From Lophium mytilinum (lineage: Eukaryota), in NCBI GenBank assembly GCA_010093605.1, contig MU004182.1, forward strand, positions 1,211,032 through 1,275,031: 64,000 bases of DNA, read 5' to 3'. The first letter of the stretch is position 1, and every line of letters starts with the position of its first letter. The position numbers and the translations under genes are program-made. The notes beneath the pieces were generated by a model. It ran no database searches, was not told the DNA's origin, and saw nothing but the letters and a program-made list of their open reading frames with translations. Positions 37,210-51,043 of the stretch are shown here, piece by piece.

Positions 37210-40200
37210 TCAAACCCCATCCACACACTCCTCAACCACACTCGCTAACATCCCCAACCCAAAAAAGCTTGCCACACTCCCGTAAACCCCCAACCGACCT
37301 CTAACATCCTCCCTCTTCCTCGTCCCCACCCACTCCCCAGCACACGCACAATGCTCCATAAACTCATTCGCCCGTAATCTCGAACACTTCCCGCACTTCA
37401 GATCCTGCGTGCACCACTCCACAACCATCTTCTGCACCTCCGCCACGAGCCGCTCCTCAATACGCAAGCGATCATACGGCGTATTGCACATCTCACACTT
37501 CCACTTCGGCAGCGCAGGCACCACAGCATCCGCCTCTCCACTCGCCGCAGGGGGTGGCAGCAGTTCAGCAGCTCGGCAGAGGTCCAGGTCGCGGACAGCG
37601 GTGCATTCTTCGCAAACTAGGCCGCGGACCCAGAGGCTGCGGCTAGGATTCACAAAAGCGGCCTCGCGGCTGAATTCGCGGATCTCGAAGAGCTGGAGGA
37701 GCTCCTTGCGGAGGAGGCGGGCTTCGAGCGTGATGGTTTTGTCGAGGCTGAGGACTTGGGTTATGCTTTTCACGAGTTGGAGGACTGGGTTTGAGAGGTT
37801 GAGATGGGAGCCGGGGAGGGAGGGGAAGATCCAGTCTGAGACGAGTTCGGCGTGGAGGGATTCGGTGTGCTGACGGCGTAGTAGAGCTCCGATCTGCTTG
37901 AAGAGCGGTTTTGTGAAAGATTTGGGGAGGACTTGGGTGTTGTCGGTTGGGTCGATGGTCAGTGACCGCAAGGGTAATTGCGTCGCCCTTGGAGCGACGC
38001 CATCGATGGCTGCAGGACGTTTGCGCCCGTGCATGACATCGATGAAGTCGACGACGGTATCGTGGAATGCCGGTTGTAGCGGCGCGGGCAAAAAGGATGC
38101 GAGCTGCCAGCACATGATGGTATCAAGCTGCTGCTGGTCCGCCTCGACGACCTTGGCGCAGCCTTTACCTCCATAGTTGAACTCGTCATACCACGCCAAG
38201 TAGTCCCAATACTCCCGGATCTCAAGGTCGAGGAACTGGAAAAGCGGCTTGGCCTGTACCGTCTTGAGGATGTACTGACTATACGCGAAGGCATTTCCGA
38301 CCTCTGCCTTCGTCGTTTGTAGAAGTAGCCGATTCGCACTTGCGAACACAATATGCGATCCCACACGCCTGAAGTCCGTCATCAGTTGTTGTAATGCTTT
38401 CCGGCTCATCATCTGTACGTAGTAATGCAGGCTTCTGTCGTAGAGGAAAGACCCAGGGCTTTCCACCCATCGCACCAGGTGTTGGACCATGACGTCGGCC
38501 ATGTACCCTCCTCGCTCGGCTTCGTGCCACCAGGCCTTCACCATTTCACGGAGGACCATGATGCCGGCAGTGGCAAAAGCGTTGTCGGCGTATATGACAT
38601 TTGTGCCGTCGTTCGGGGCATCGTAAGCAGGTGCGGCAGGGTTGAATGAAATAGAGTCGGAACCTTCGGCTTCGTTGATAACAGAGGAAGAGAGAATAGT
38701 GTTGATTGCAAGGTTGCGGAGGGTGAGATCAATACAGACGGAGGAGTAGGTCCCGGGGTTATTGATAGAAGGCATCTCAACAGTCTCCATGGGAGCTAGA
38801 ATGTCGTCTTTTTCATAGCCTGCATGATCAGGCTTAGGACCACCAGACCACCACAGAACGACTTTCTCTTTCCGCAACCTCCGCGCATAAGCAATATCGA
38901 TGAGGAAACGGGGGTCGTTGCTTTCAAGATTGCAGAGCGGGATGTCTCCATAACGAGCAAGTTCTACTAGATGTGATATCCAGGAGCCCAAGTCCAAGTA
39001 ATGAGTAACAAGACGTTTTGCAACGAACGACTGCCAGCCGAGAGGAGGCAACTGCTTGTCGGATTCGTCCGGTTTAAGTGGCAGGATTGGTAGGTCTTTG
39101 AGGATTGGAACCTCATGAGATAGTAGATTGTGATTCTGCGATTGAATGACCAGGACCAACGGTTTTCCTTCATCTGTCTTCATCTTCTTGATAGCATCTC
39201 CAATTTCGAGATGCGCCTTTCGTTTGGTGGTGACTTGAACGGTCCGGAAATGTATGTCGGTTTGATAGTCGAAACACTCCTGCCAAGGTTCCCCGCCAGA
39301 CTCTTCCAAGCGCCGAGCAAACATGTCTTTATAGATTCGATCAACATTCGGCATGCCCTGGACATCTTTGGACTTTGTTTGAATGATTACATGGGCGGTA
39401 TTCTTCGACGTCGAGAACAAGGCAAAAATCTGTCGATCCCCAGAACTGACGTGATAGAGGTAGATAAAACCGAGTGAAGTCTGGCTGAGATACGGATCTG
39501 GCGCCGGCACTCTTCGAAGAGCAGACAGGTCGAATCCTTGTTCCAAACCCTTCCCAAGAACACCTTTCTGAGTCTCGTCGAAGGTGCAAATACTACCAAG
39601 TTCGAGAACCGCTCGAACGTTCAGTGGTACCTGCTTCTCGTAGACACCCTCAACACTGGGGTGATTGAATAGGACAGAGAGCTTTTTTGACTCGCTGACA
39701 TATACTTGCTCGGGCATCAGCAGCTTGAACAAATGTACCGACGGATGTCCATTGGGGAGAGTATGATTTAGGACTTTCTCCACTGAACAACCATCAATAG
39801 AAACGTCAGGTAGATCGTCTCCTCGCAGATTTAGATAGATCTGCCGAGGCACAATGACCCTTAAGGAGTGAATTTTCTTGTCGATCAAGACGAAAGCTCT
39901 CACCTCTCCAGGCGTGTCGGTGTCTCGAAGTTGAACCAACTGCCACGTGCTGATATACAACATCTCTGCCTGGTTTCTGAAGAAACTTCCGATCGCATCC
40001 GATGAATCTGTCTGCTTCTCGCCAAAGAGCTGTCGTCTCCGCTTTAGGGCTTGCTTCTGGATCTTCCACTTCTTTTTTTGATACTGTAGCCACCCGTTGT
40101 AGTCTTCGGTGATGGATGGCATATACTTAGGTAAGCTTGCAAAAGGATCGGCAGGTACAGCAGGTTCGGGTTGCTTTCGTTTCTGGACCATCTTCGTGAC

Positions 40201-43200
40201 TACTCCTCTCTTCGCTGCCACCGCTTGAGAAACTTGAGTCATCTTTGAACCACCAAAATCTTCCAGATCGAGTACCCGGTTTTGAAGAATATTGGTGTCC
40301 ACGTCGACTAGAGTCTTCTTGTCAAACATATCGGTCATCTTCTTCTGCTTCATGACATCTTCCTTGATTCGAATCCTTCGGGCTAGCCAATCCGGGTGAG
40401 GAACTCGCGGAACGGGATTTTCCACTTTCTGAAGAGCGGCCGGTATCGTGATAAGCTTTTGAATGACGGAGCCGAGACGTTCCATGTAGTAGCTCCAGTC
40501 AATAATCGATCTAGGGTCCATATCTCCAGGATCTTCTTTCATCCATTTCCGTAAGAAATAGGTTTTGACTGATTCTTCAGCAGAGAATATGGCCACCGGT
40601 ATGGCTCTCTCTGTAACAGGTGCATTTTTCGGCCGAGAAGAAATAATGTACTTGCAGTTCAAGCCCTTATCCTTAATCATCTGCTCGCCAAGGAACTCTG
40701 CAAGTCTCTTTGCTGTCGTGATAGCAGTTGACTTCTGAGCTCCGTATTCCTCAAGGGTCTTGGCCATATTTTTATTCTCGCAGATCAAGTCGATGAGTTC
40801 TTCGTCAGCAAGTGTGGAACCATGCTGATCAAGTACATCTAGCCATCGATTCGCAACCTTGGCGACGGCTCCATAAGTCTCCGTCAGAGTTGTGCCCTCC
40901 AAGAAGAATTTGAAAATTTGAGTTTGGAAGATCTTGATAAGCTTCAACTCTCCTCTCCGCTTAACTTCGAACCCCTTCAACTCAGCTAGACTGCCGTCGT
41001 GATTGAAGACCGCATAACGCTTCTTCAAGTTCTTGTCTTCTTCCTTGGAGGTGGGTAGGATCATAGCCTTGTACGGACCGTCGACCTCGAAGAAGATGGT
41101 GTTGTCGCTGTGCGTCTCGTATCGGAATGTTGAGGAATCTACAAGGGTCTGGTATTGATGGTTCGTGAATTGGGCATGGACGTGGTGGTTCAACATGACA
41201 CAAGGATATGAGATAAACACGTTCTTGCCGTTCTTGAGTTTGAATGAGAAGTTCTCTGGAAATGTTGCGGGTAGAATGCACCAGATGCCGTCGGTGTCCA
41301 GTTCCAGAGGGCGTCCAATTCTGTCTACGAGCTGTCTGGCCATTTGAATGATCTTGGCTCCAGTCAAGCAAGTAACACCGGCCATTTCCATGGAGTACCA
41401 ACGAGACCCTTTTCTCATAACGTAGCCGTAAAAGCTGTTTAGAATGACTTTATGGGCCAACTGAAGTGAGTCGAACAGGATAATCATTTTCTTGGCTTCA
41501 TCAATCTCCGCACTAGGCGCACCGGCAGACTTGAGCGCATCCGTCTTGCCTTTCCAGACTTTCTGCTTGCCCTTGAAGTCATATCTTCGATCTCGGAAGT
41601 CTTTGACAGTATCCACGTAGAAAGGATTCTCCCTCTGACAGATGATAGCTTCTCGCTCGATTGTCTTCGTGTCATGAATCTTGTGGTAGATCTTCTTACT
41701 GTACTCCGTCAATCGCTTCTTGACCATGGTAGCCTGTTCGTCCACTGGCAAATCCTGGAAGGTCCGGATGGGGCCAGTTTTGTACTTCGGGGGAAAACGC
41801 TCATTTTCCAGGGCATGCCGTATCATGTTGTACTCGTCTCGTTTAGCTGGCAAGAACTCACCTCTCCAGGACCACGGCATCCTTCGATCGCATGTTTTGC
41901 CTGGGCGGTTGAAGTCGCAGGCAGCACAATCAGCTTCTTCGATCATGGAATCCGGCTGTAACCGATTCGTCGTCATGATGTTTGGATACATGGAGGCGAC
42001 GTCCAGATGGTATATCGAAGGGTTCTCGCTCCTGTTAGGAGTATTCTTCAGCTTCAACAGTTTCTCGACGATTTGGGCCTTGACTTCGTCATAGTTTACG
42101 ATGTCCTCGACTTGCTTCTTCTCTTCCACTACAATACTGAACTTGAGGGCCGCGTCCAAATCATCGATGAGTTCATCAATGGCGGTTGGATCAAGAGCAA
42201 AGTTGCAAGGGATATCGCTTCGGAAGACACCTGCTTCAATACTCTCGACGTGACCTCCCACATACGTCTCTGAGTCCAGGAGATGGCCATCCCAGAATGC
42301 TTCTTTGGGTGCTTGATGTTTATTTGGCAGTACGATGCCCTTCTGGTACGCTTGCACCATCAGTAACATCTCGCAAAGAGTACCAGTTCCCTTTCGTAGC
42401 ACGTCGTCCGGTCCAAGGGGAATAATCGTACATAGCGAGAAGATGAAGGGATGGACGTATTTCATGTACAAGTAGTACGTAGCAACTGCATCTGAAACGG
42501 AGTATTCTGCTAACGTTTGGGGCCGTTCGCTTGCGTATGGAGTCATGAGCTCTGGATCCAACTCATCTGGATCGTAGCCCAATTTTGCTACCGTGACGGC
42601 TTTCAAGCCTCGACTTCCTTGCGGGAGGTAACTGTCTCGATTGACCCACGCAAAGGCATCCATGTGAGCACAGTAGTTGGACTGGTAGACGTCTTCGCTG
42701 TTTTTCCGGAAACCGATCTCCTGGTACATATCGATTCCTAGAACGCTTGCACGTGCCTCCACGAATGGCCAATCGAAGAAATCTCCGTTGTATGTTACAA
42801 TGACCGTTGGTTTTGCCTCTTTGATATGCTCGAAGAAACGTTCTAAGAGGCCCTTCTCATCCGGCTCGTTGAATATTATGAAAGGCCCATCGTACTCCGG
42901 CTTGGGTGTATAGTCGAAGTCTGAGATGTCTTCCGAGACAATTTCGCGGTTCGTGATCAGAAACCCCTGGCCATCGATCATGTACGAAATCATCATGATC
43001 TGGTCGACTATCGCATCCGGAAACTTCAAGGGGAGCTTCGTACACTCAATATCGAATGCCATGACGACAGGATCGGCGCGCTGTAATCGCTCTTCTATGC
43101 ATGTCAATGAAACAACGCCGTGTTTCGCTTCTACAGTGTACCATTTTCCAATGCGAATATCTACAACAGTCAGCGAGCCCGTCTAACTAAGTCAACATAT

Positions 43201-44066
43201 CCTACCTTTATCAATCGCAACCCGAACGTGGTAGGGTACGTCGTACTCTCGTATATCAACAATGAAATCACTCGCGTCCTGTATGCCATTAGGTCGTTTC
43301 TCGTAATCTTGGTCGTCATCAAAAATATCAAAGCCAGCATTTGCGCTGTAGTCCGTTAGCAAGCAAAACAATATAGGCTAAGATGTACCTACCTAGCAAC
43401 TTCCGCATATGTATCCATTGCGTTCATCTTCTTCTTGTTCTTCTCCGCCAGGGGTGTAATGACTTTCCGCACCCCTAAAAGATCTCCCACATTCGCAAAT
43501 GAAAGCTTCAAGAATGTTCTCCGGTAGCCCAGAAGATGATTTGGCTGCCTCGTATCAGCATGCTTCTCCTATGGTACCAAATGTCCATATCAGGGACTCA
43601 CCATCTGCAAATCCTCCTTCTCGATCCGCTTCACACCCTTCACTAAGCCCTCAAAAGCTCTCCGACACCACTCTTCCACCTCCGGCTCTTTCCCCCTCTT
43701 GACCGCAATTAGGAAGTACGGATCATATTCCACCGTCGCCTTAAAAGTGCCTCCATCCTCCTCGATGAAGAAGAAGTCCACGCCGGCGCGCCCTCCAGGT
43801 ACATTCTCGTCCTCCACATTTGTAGAGTGCATGTTGCACAGCCACCCGACCTTCTTACGTCCGGCATCGTAACGCGCAAAGCCCATAGACTCATCGATAG
43901 TGTTCGCGAGCCGCGTCGACTCGAGCTTCTCGGCCAGCGAGCTGGCTTCCGTGTTGCGGAGAGTGGAGGCGTCGATGGTCTTCGGTTTGCGGGAGGAAGA
44001 GGAGTAGGAGGATTGGCCTTGCTTGCCTACGCGCCGGAAGGGCTGTCCGCCTCGGCGTGGTGCCAT
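37210..44066 (-). CDS. POL2: DNA polymerase epsilon catalytic subunit
   Basis: Exo I FDIEC, polymerase motifs HLDVASMYPN and ELDTDGIW, and C-terminal CysA/CysB. Introns 43601-43545, 43392-43346 and 43205-43161. Confidence 0.98.
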
Positions 44067-44276
44067 GGTATGAGAGGTGAGGGGGGAGGTTGCGCGTTGG
44101 AGTTGCGGGAGTGTATGAGATTTCGGGTACAGAGGTTAGGGGAGTTTTTGGGGTATCATTTGTGTTTGGTGTCGTGATTAGGGCTGTAAAAGTGCTAAAA
44201 GAGAGAATCTGAAGGGTGGGTATAGTGAATTGGGGAAGTGTTGAAGCAGTGTGGATTTAGTGGAGGAGTGGGCGGT

Positions 44277-44295
44277 GTCGCGTCAAAGTCGCGTC
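44277..44295 (-). promoter_or_regulatory. Twin GACGCGAC (MCB-like) elements in the POL2 promoter
   Basis: GTCGCGTC-AAA-GTCGCGTC about 210 bp upstream of the POL2 ATG. ACGCG cores are typical MBF sites of fungal S-phase genes. Confidence 0.5.
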
Positions 44296-45176
44296 GGCCA
44301 ATAAAGTGCAAAAGTGCCAGGGCTGTCACGGGCGTCCAGCTCTCAAATCGTGAATGCATGTACCGTATACTTTCGCAAAAGAGAGACGCCAGGCTTGGCA
44401 GCGCTAGTAGGGGGCTCTAATTTTAATTCCTTATCCGCCGCACCCGCTTAGTGCCTTAGTACATCAATCCTCTATATAAATGTACTTAAATCTATATATC
44501 TTTCTATTTAATAATGGCCTATACAACCGTAAATAAAGCCTTAATTACCTTAGGGGAATTTAAGGTAGTTTATACGTGTTTTTTCCACTTTTCTTATATA
44601 TTACTTTACTAATTCTTATCTTATAGACGCTACACATAACTATATTAATTCTCTACGCTTTAAAATAGATAAGAAGTATATCCTTATCTATTATTAGCCT
44701 ATAGATTAGATATATAATGCATCTAGAGGTTCTAGGATCTCTCTCTAAGATGCTAAGGGACAACACTAAGGTTGGGTAAAGGAAGAGAATCGCGTGCCTA
44801 TTAATATACGCCTGCAAGCTGGCAGGCGTGTTGTTGGACGTGTAACACGCCTAGGCCGAGGCTATAAGCGTCTAGATAGCCGCCTTAGTATTAAGTAGAA
44901 GATAAAGTTTAGTATAATAGTAGTACATATTTTGCTAAGTTTCTAAGTATAGATTTCTACCTCTATAATAGTTGTATAGAGTTCTACTTTAAGTAGTAAA
45001 TAGATTAGATAAACGCAATTAATTTAGTCCTAATTTAAATAAAATTAATGGAAATTTAAATAAGTTATAATTTTTTTTATAATAGACTGCATAAAACGGG
45101 AAGTCTATAGAAGGGCTGCGCAGCCTTACTATAAATCTGCTTAAGAGCAATAACTCGGTTAATTATTATAGAATAG

Positions 45177-45778
45177 TTACGCGCTTTTAACAGGTTAACG
45201 GCGTATATACGGGCTAACAGCGCGCTTAATTATAGCTAGATTGCCTTAGTAGATTTAAGAGATTCACGGTTTAAATAAGGTGTATAGGCCTGGAGCATAA
45301 AAACGGTCCGCGCCTCCAGCTATTATACTTTCTTTAGTACGCGAATCTCTTAAATCTACTAATACAATCTAGCTATAATTAAGCGCGCTGTTAGCCCGCA
45401 TGCACGCCGTTAACCTGTTAAAAGCGCGTAAGGATTAATAAATATTTAAGTAAAAAGAAAGCGGTCTAGCTAGGAATTAAACTGCAAAAAGAGTGCTACT
45501 AACCCCCTACTCCCTGTGCTTCTGCAGTTTAAATTTCCGTAATAAAAGCTCCTTAAGCTTATTGCATTAAGAATTTAAACTATAGAAGCACTATACTAAC
45601 TACTAAGCTATACTAGAACTAGATGAATTTGCTTATAAAATATTCTATATATATATACCTTTAAACTGCAAATCTCTTAAATCTACTAATATAATCTAGC
45701 TATAATTAAGCGCGCTATTTGCCTATGTATATGCTGTTAACCTATAAAAAGCACGTAAGGATTAATAAATATTTAATT
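45177..45778. repeat. 92-bp inverted repeat (45177-45268 / 45340-45431) plus a third, more mutated direct copy (45671-45778)
   Basis: TTACGCGCTTTTAACAGGTTAACGGCG... and its reverse complement are both directly readable. Confidence 0.88.
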
Positions 45779-46399
45779 AAGTTGTTGCTCTCAAGTAGAT
45801 TTATAGCAAGGCTGCGCGGCCCTTCCGCATACTTCCTATTTCCTTACAATACACTCTCGGCAGCTACCGCCGGAGGACGTGGAACAGCTAATATTAGACG
45901 GATTAGAACGCGCTTTTAGATAGAATAAGGTAGAATATATTATAATTAATTAGCTGTAACTCTAGGTAGGAAATATATAGTATATAAATTAAAATTAGTG
46001 TTCGCGATAAAAAGAATAAAAAATTAGCCCCCCTCCCTCTTATAACTCTAGCCCCTCTCGGGCGCCCTCTATTTACTCCGCGCATTTACCCTGTAATCCT
46101 AAACTGCTATAACTCCTCTAAAAAGCGTTGTATCTAGATTCTAAGACAACAGAGTTATTGCTCGAGCTGCCAGCTATAATACTAGAAGTTCTTAGACTCT
46201 TATTCTTTATTTTTGTAAGATTAATGGGGTTATCGGGAGTATTTAAATGGCCCTTAAGAATTAAGCCGCGGCGCTCTAGATTATACGCCATTAGCCTCTC
46301 TATAAGCTACTGCTTTCTAAGCCTAGAGTACTTCTTTATCTGCCGCCTCTTATATAATATTCTAAGCTACTTTACTATTCTATCCTTATACTTATAGCT

Positions 46400-47971
46400 A
46401 TTAATATCCTTATCTTAGTTAATAAACTTAAGCCTATTATTATTAAAGTTTACCTTCTACTTAATATATATTAGGATTTTAGGTGCATTAGCCTATATAG
46501 AGAGGTCCTATTTCTTAGGCCTATAGCCCTTAATATAGAGCTTACTATCCTTACTTCTATCGGCTGCTAGCGAGATTTCTATGTCTTGGAATGCTTTAAT
46601 AACGAGCTTCGGCCGTAAATTAAGTATCTTTTAAGCCGTTAAGACTACCTAAGTGGTAAGAATTCTCTTGTTAATAGGCTTATCTTTCTTAGGATTCTTA
46701 CTAGCCGCATACTGAGCCTTAATTCTCTTTTCTACGTCCTCCGTAATCCACTCCTTATACGGCTTATTAATAGCTGTATTAAGAGGCTATAGATAGCTAG
46801 TACAACCTCTAGAAATTATAGAAATAAACACCCAATTTAATATTAGGAGGTCCTTAATGGCCTCCGTCTTATAGAACGCCGCAGCGTTAAGTAAAAGGAG
46901 ACTCTCTAGCGGCTTGCCCTTAGCGTCCTTATTAGCTGGAAGGTATACTTCCTCTATCTAGAAATAGAATAGCGTCTTATTATTGTAGGCGTGTTCGTTA
47001 ATGTGCATAATTACGTCCTTAGCGTACCTCTCTTGTTTATTTTTAATAATAGTTCTAGCCTTAGAGGATAATCCTTTAAATATAATAATAGAATTATATC
47101 GCCTAATACTATCTGCGCAGATATAGAGTATTAGAGTAGCCTGGCGCTTATTATAGCTACTCTTAAAGACCTGGGCAGTTACCTTAATAGAGCCCTTAAA
47201 GTTATAGGTATACTAAGTAAGCTACTTAAACGGAATAGGCGTCTTATTAAGGTTAATAATTCGTAAAGGAGGAAATTAGTATTAGAGAGGAAAGGAATTA
47301 AGTAAGCTGCTAAGAGCTATCTTAAAGAAAGCGCCTATAATAACGGGTTGCGTAATCCTCCAGTTATATAGTAGAAACGCTAGTATATACTTATAGAGGA
47401 AAATAGGGGGTTTAGAGGCCTTCTTTATAACTGCCCGGTATAAGATTCTTAATTAGCTAAGGAACCCGTTGAACTACCCTTTTAAAAAGAAGAACTTCTC
47501 TTTCTTATTAGGATAGACCTCTTTAAAGAGCTCTATTAAGCGCCTGCGGAACTAATAAAGGCGAATTTATTAGCGCCTTAATTATATAGTTATAAACTCT
47601 ATATATAACCTTTCTTTAAGTTCTTTCTATTTATAAGAGTAGTCTATATAAGCTAGTTTACAGCTAGAACGGCGGCTTTATATAAGTAAATCCTTCTGCA
47701 ATAACTACCTAGCTATATCTACCCTAGCGATCTTCTAGAAGGCTTCTACCTTATTAAATATTAGTTTCCGTAGGTTACAATTCCGTATATAGAGAAGTGA
47801 ACCCGGAAATATATAGTTTCTCTCGTAAGGTTTAATTTCTATCCGGGTTTAGTGCCACTAGGTAAGAACCTAGAGCTTCTTAGTGATAGAATACGACGTA
47901 AGCTTTTATTTAATAGGCGTAGATCTCTTAGCGAGTTTCCTGGCGTCTAATTCTATCTTTTTTCGTCCCAT
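46400..47971 (-). pseudogene. Decayed DDE_1 (pogo-like) transposase
   Basis: Starts MGRKKIEL at 47971. Remnant motifs INLNKTPIPF (ancestral NLDETP), LLNAAAFYKT (D...FH) and GCTSYL*PLNTAINKPYK (LQPLD..NKPFK), with many TAA/TAG stops. 3' end approximate. Confidence 0.85.
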
Positions 47972-48731
47972 TCATTAAGTAATTGATTTCTCCGGTCGCT
48001 TTAGAGATCGGCCGGAAATAATATTTAGATCTAGTTCTTAGAGAGGCATTGTATTACAGAATAAAAGGGCTTAGTATAGTAATAAGTATTAAGGAAGTTA
48101 TAGTAAAGTAATGGAGGTAAGTTAAAAAAAGGGGGTTTATTATTGTTTATAATTATTAGCTACCCGCACGTTCCCCCCAGGGAGATTACACCGAAAATTA
48201 TCTACGTCTTAATTTTAACCCGATTTTTGTAATTCTAAGCGCAATTAATAGGAAATCGCGAGCTCTACAACTCTTATTATATATATATAATTAAAAAGCG
48301 ACATTTTAGTAGTAAGGTTGTGGGCGTGGAAACGGGTAATGAGGGGACTCGCGAAAATCTAATATAATTTTCTTATCTGTTATCTATACACTAAACTACA
48401 CTACGTTACCTGCCGATTACCCCCCTTGAAGCGTGCTAAGAGTGGCGTCTCTCTTTTGCCAGAGTATACGGTATACAGCACTTTGACAAATAGCATGATT
48501 TTGTTTAGCGAAAGACTGCAAAGCAGTCTATACTCAGAAAATAAAGTCGGCACCTATTTATCCTTCATTTCATCGAGAAGCTCATCAGAGAATAAATCTA
48601 CCCCATCTAGCTAGCCTCTCCGCAATATACTCGGTGGGTCCAAATTCTTCCAGAACAGCCCAGACGACATCACCACTCCCGAAGCACCACCAAACACACC
48701 CTCCGCCATTGCCTTCATCACAACACCCGCA

Positions 48732-49396
48732 ATGGCAGACGATACTCGGCAGAGCTCCCCCGCCTATCCCACGCCTAAGGCGGAGGATGTCGCGAAAGAA
48801 GCTGCCCGCTACCGCACGCCCGCGAACACCTTGCCCGGCGGGACCGCCAACACCGCCGGGGGCGAGAAACTCGACGACCAGTCGCTGCTCACGAAAGCCG
48901 TAAAGATGATTACCTGGGACGACTGGAAAAACATTGGGAGGATGCCATGCGCGAAAGATTCGCTGATGACGGGGATACTGTCGGGGTTCGTTATGGGAGG
49001 CATGATGGGGTTGGTTGGTCGTAAGTGTTTCCTGATCTATTGTGGGTAGGAATTCTGCTATCTTCATTGGGAGTCTCTAGTGTAGTAGCTAATGAGTATG
49101 CTTCTACAGGAAGCGTATGGACTGCCTGCAACATCTCCGTCGGCGCCTTTATGCTTTCCTCCACAGGCGGCTACACCTACTGCCAATATAGGCGGGGTAT
49201 AGAACGGGATGGCTTGCGACAGGTACAAGCAGTAGCCTCAGCTAAGAAGGCTGAACACGAGGAGAAGAGACGCAAGGCGATAGCGAAGAGGAGAGAAGAA
49301 GAGCGGATCATGAAGGAAAAGCTAGAGGAAGAGAGGAGAAAGTCTTGGTCTTACTGGGCCTCCCGGAATCTGAAGTTCTGGGGTAGTGACAGATGA
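48732..49396 (+). CDS. COX20: Cytochrome c oxidase assembly protein Cox20
   Basis: MPCAKDSLMTGILSGFVMGG...R|SVWTACNISVGAF...YTYCQYRR. Intron 49021-49109. Confidence 0.8.
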
Positions 49397-49714
49397 GAAT
49401 ATGGTATGAATGGCAGAGGGGATAATGGATATTGATTGTACATGTGTGAGTGTATTATAGAAGCGCTGCATACGCCAAAATGGATGCTTGGAATGGAGTT
49501 GTCATATATGGGATGATTCTACTCCAAAACCATTCGGTTCGCCATGCATCCAACATAACCAATTGGGAAAGGAGGGTATCCAACAAACCCCCTCAAACTC
49601 CGCGTGATCATAAAAGTCGTACATGTCCATGCCCATACCGGATATCCAGACACCCGTGATGCCGTACATACCCAATTTGAACCTGGTGCGCCCCATTTCT
49701 ACCCAAATAACTCC

Positions 49715-50602
49715 TCAAGCAAATCTGACGATTCTCCTCGAACCCTCACTTCCTGCATCCTCCGGACCTGACACATTACCACTCCCTACACTTCCTACAC
49801 TTCCACCTCTCACGCCCATACCAACACCTCTCGTTCTTCTCTCGCTCCGCTTTGCTCGTGCCTCCTTTGCCTCGCGAGCCCTCCACGCCTGCACCTGCTG
49901 CCTTCTTTTCTGCGCTCTGGCATATGCCATTGCGGGCGTGGGCCTGAAACCCACTCCATTGATTCCCGTTCCGTCATCATCAGGGTCCTGGGCCGGTCCA
50001 ATCAAGTGACCCGTGATTTCGTTGTCTTGCCAAAAAGAGTCGAGCGGCACGGGCGGGGACGGAGACTTCTTGCGTAAACGGGCTGCGGGCAGAGGCTGCG
50101 TAGGCGGATTGACATGTAGTGCGCCCGTAGCGCCTTCGCCATACTCTTCTCCAGCTGTATTAACGAGCGTGTTCAATGCGCCTGATGTTTTCGTCGTCTT
50201 AGTCGTTGGCTGCGGGGTTTCCGGGACCTCTGAGCATATCCGCATATTCCGAAACCCATCCAGCTCCTCTCGTCCGCTGTTCACGCTGTCGCTCCTCTTC
50301 GCCCTCTTCCTCTCCTCCTTGTCCTCTGACCCGTTCCCTCCAGCCCCGCCCCCAGCGCCAAAGTCAACCGGTATCGGCGCCTTCAGGTTCAAATCGCGAA
50401 ATTGGTCTGCGACTGCTGTCCTGGGACTGCTCTCGCCCGCTCCAGGCGGCGGCGTGCTTGTAGGCGTGAAGACATAATTCGAAGTGGCGGTGGTCGTCAG
50501 GCGGGGGGCGAAGGGAGCCACAGAGGCGGGGTCTGCGTATGGATCGCGTTTACGCTTGGGGGAGGCGGTGGAGGCGGCGGCGGAGGAGAGAGTCGCCCGC
50601 AT
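49715..50602 (-). CDS. Conserved fungal hypothetical protein
   Basis: 295-aa ORF with an ordered-looking C-terminal block WQDNEITGH...DPDDDGTGINGVGFRPTPAMAYARAQKRRQQ. Confidence 0.7.
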   Translation of the reverse strand: MRATLSSAAASTASPKRKRDPYADPASVAPFAPRLTTTATSNYVFTPTSTPPPGAGESSPRTAVADQFRDLNLKAPIPVDFGAGGGAGGNGSEDKEERKRAKRSDSVNSGREELDGFRNMRICSEVPETPQPTTKTTKTSGALNTLVNTAGEEYGEGATGALHVNPPTQPLPAARLRKKSPSPPVPLDSFWQDNEITGHLIGPAQDPDDDGTGINGVGFRPTPAMAYARAQKRRQQVQAWRAREAKEARAKRSERRTRGVGMGVRGGSVGSVGSGNVSGPEDAGSEGSRRIVRFA

Positions 50603-51043
50603 CTTTCAGGATGAAGCCGTGAGAGACATTTGGGAGGATTACATTTGCTTGGCTGGCGGCGGTGTGGGTGAGTGGGAGTAAGATTTCGGTTTGTGGTGTT
50701 GCTTTTGGTGTTTAAATGTGGGCCCTGCACCTTTTGGTGTTCGTCGATCGCCTACCTAGCGGTTCTGGAGCAGTGGGGGGTGCCGATCTGCACATTCACT
50801 GTTTGTTTATGCGCGCATGTGATAGCAGTGGTGGCAATATGAGAATGGCATGGTTTGTTATTTCTCCTCCTTCAAATAGGACGCTGGAGAAAAAATGCAA
50901 GAAATCAGACAGAGACCTCGCCTCACGCATATAAGAAGACTTTCCCAGCATCCAAAAAGTCGTCGAGATTCAACGCTTCATTTAACCCATACGCGCATAA
51001 CGGAGAAAGTAAATGGAAGTATCTTCAATACCATTACAGTAGC

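Larger units (their letters stand above)
44363..48471 (-). mobile_element. RIP-inactivated Tc1/mariner-superfamily (pogo/DDE_1) DNA transposon, 4.1 kb
   Basis: ~50-bp imperfect TIRs CCGTATACT...GCAAAAGAGAGACGCCA (44363-44414; 48421-48471), TA target duplication (44361-62; 48472-73), and a TpA-rich, CpA-poor interior. Confidence 0.92.

Noticed and set aside
45719..46397. Short ORFs inside the AT-rich block
   Set aside because: I/L/Y/K-biased artefacts of RIP-mutated transposon DNA.
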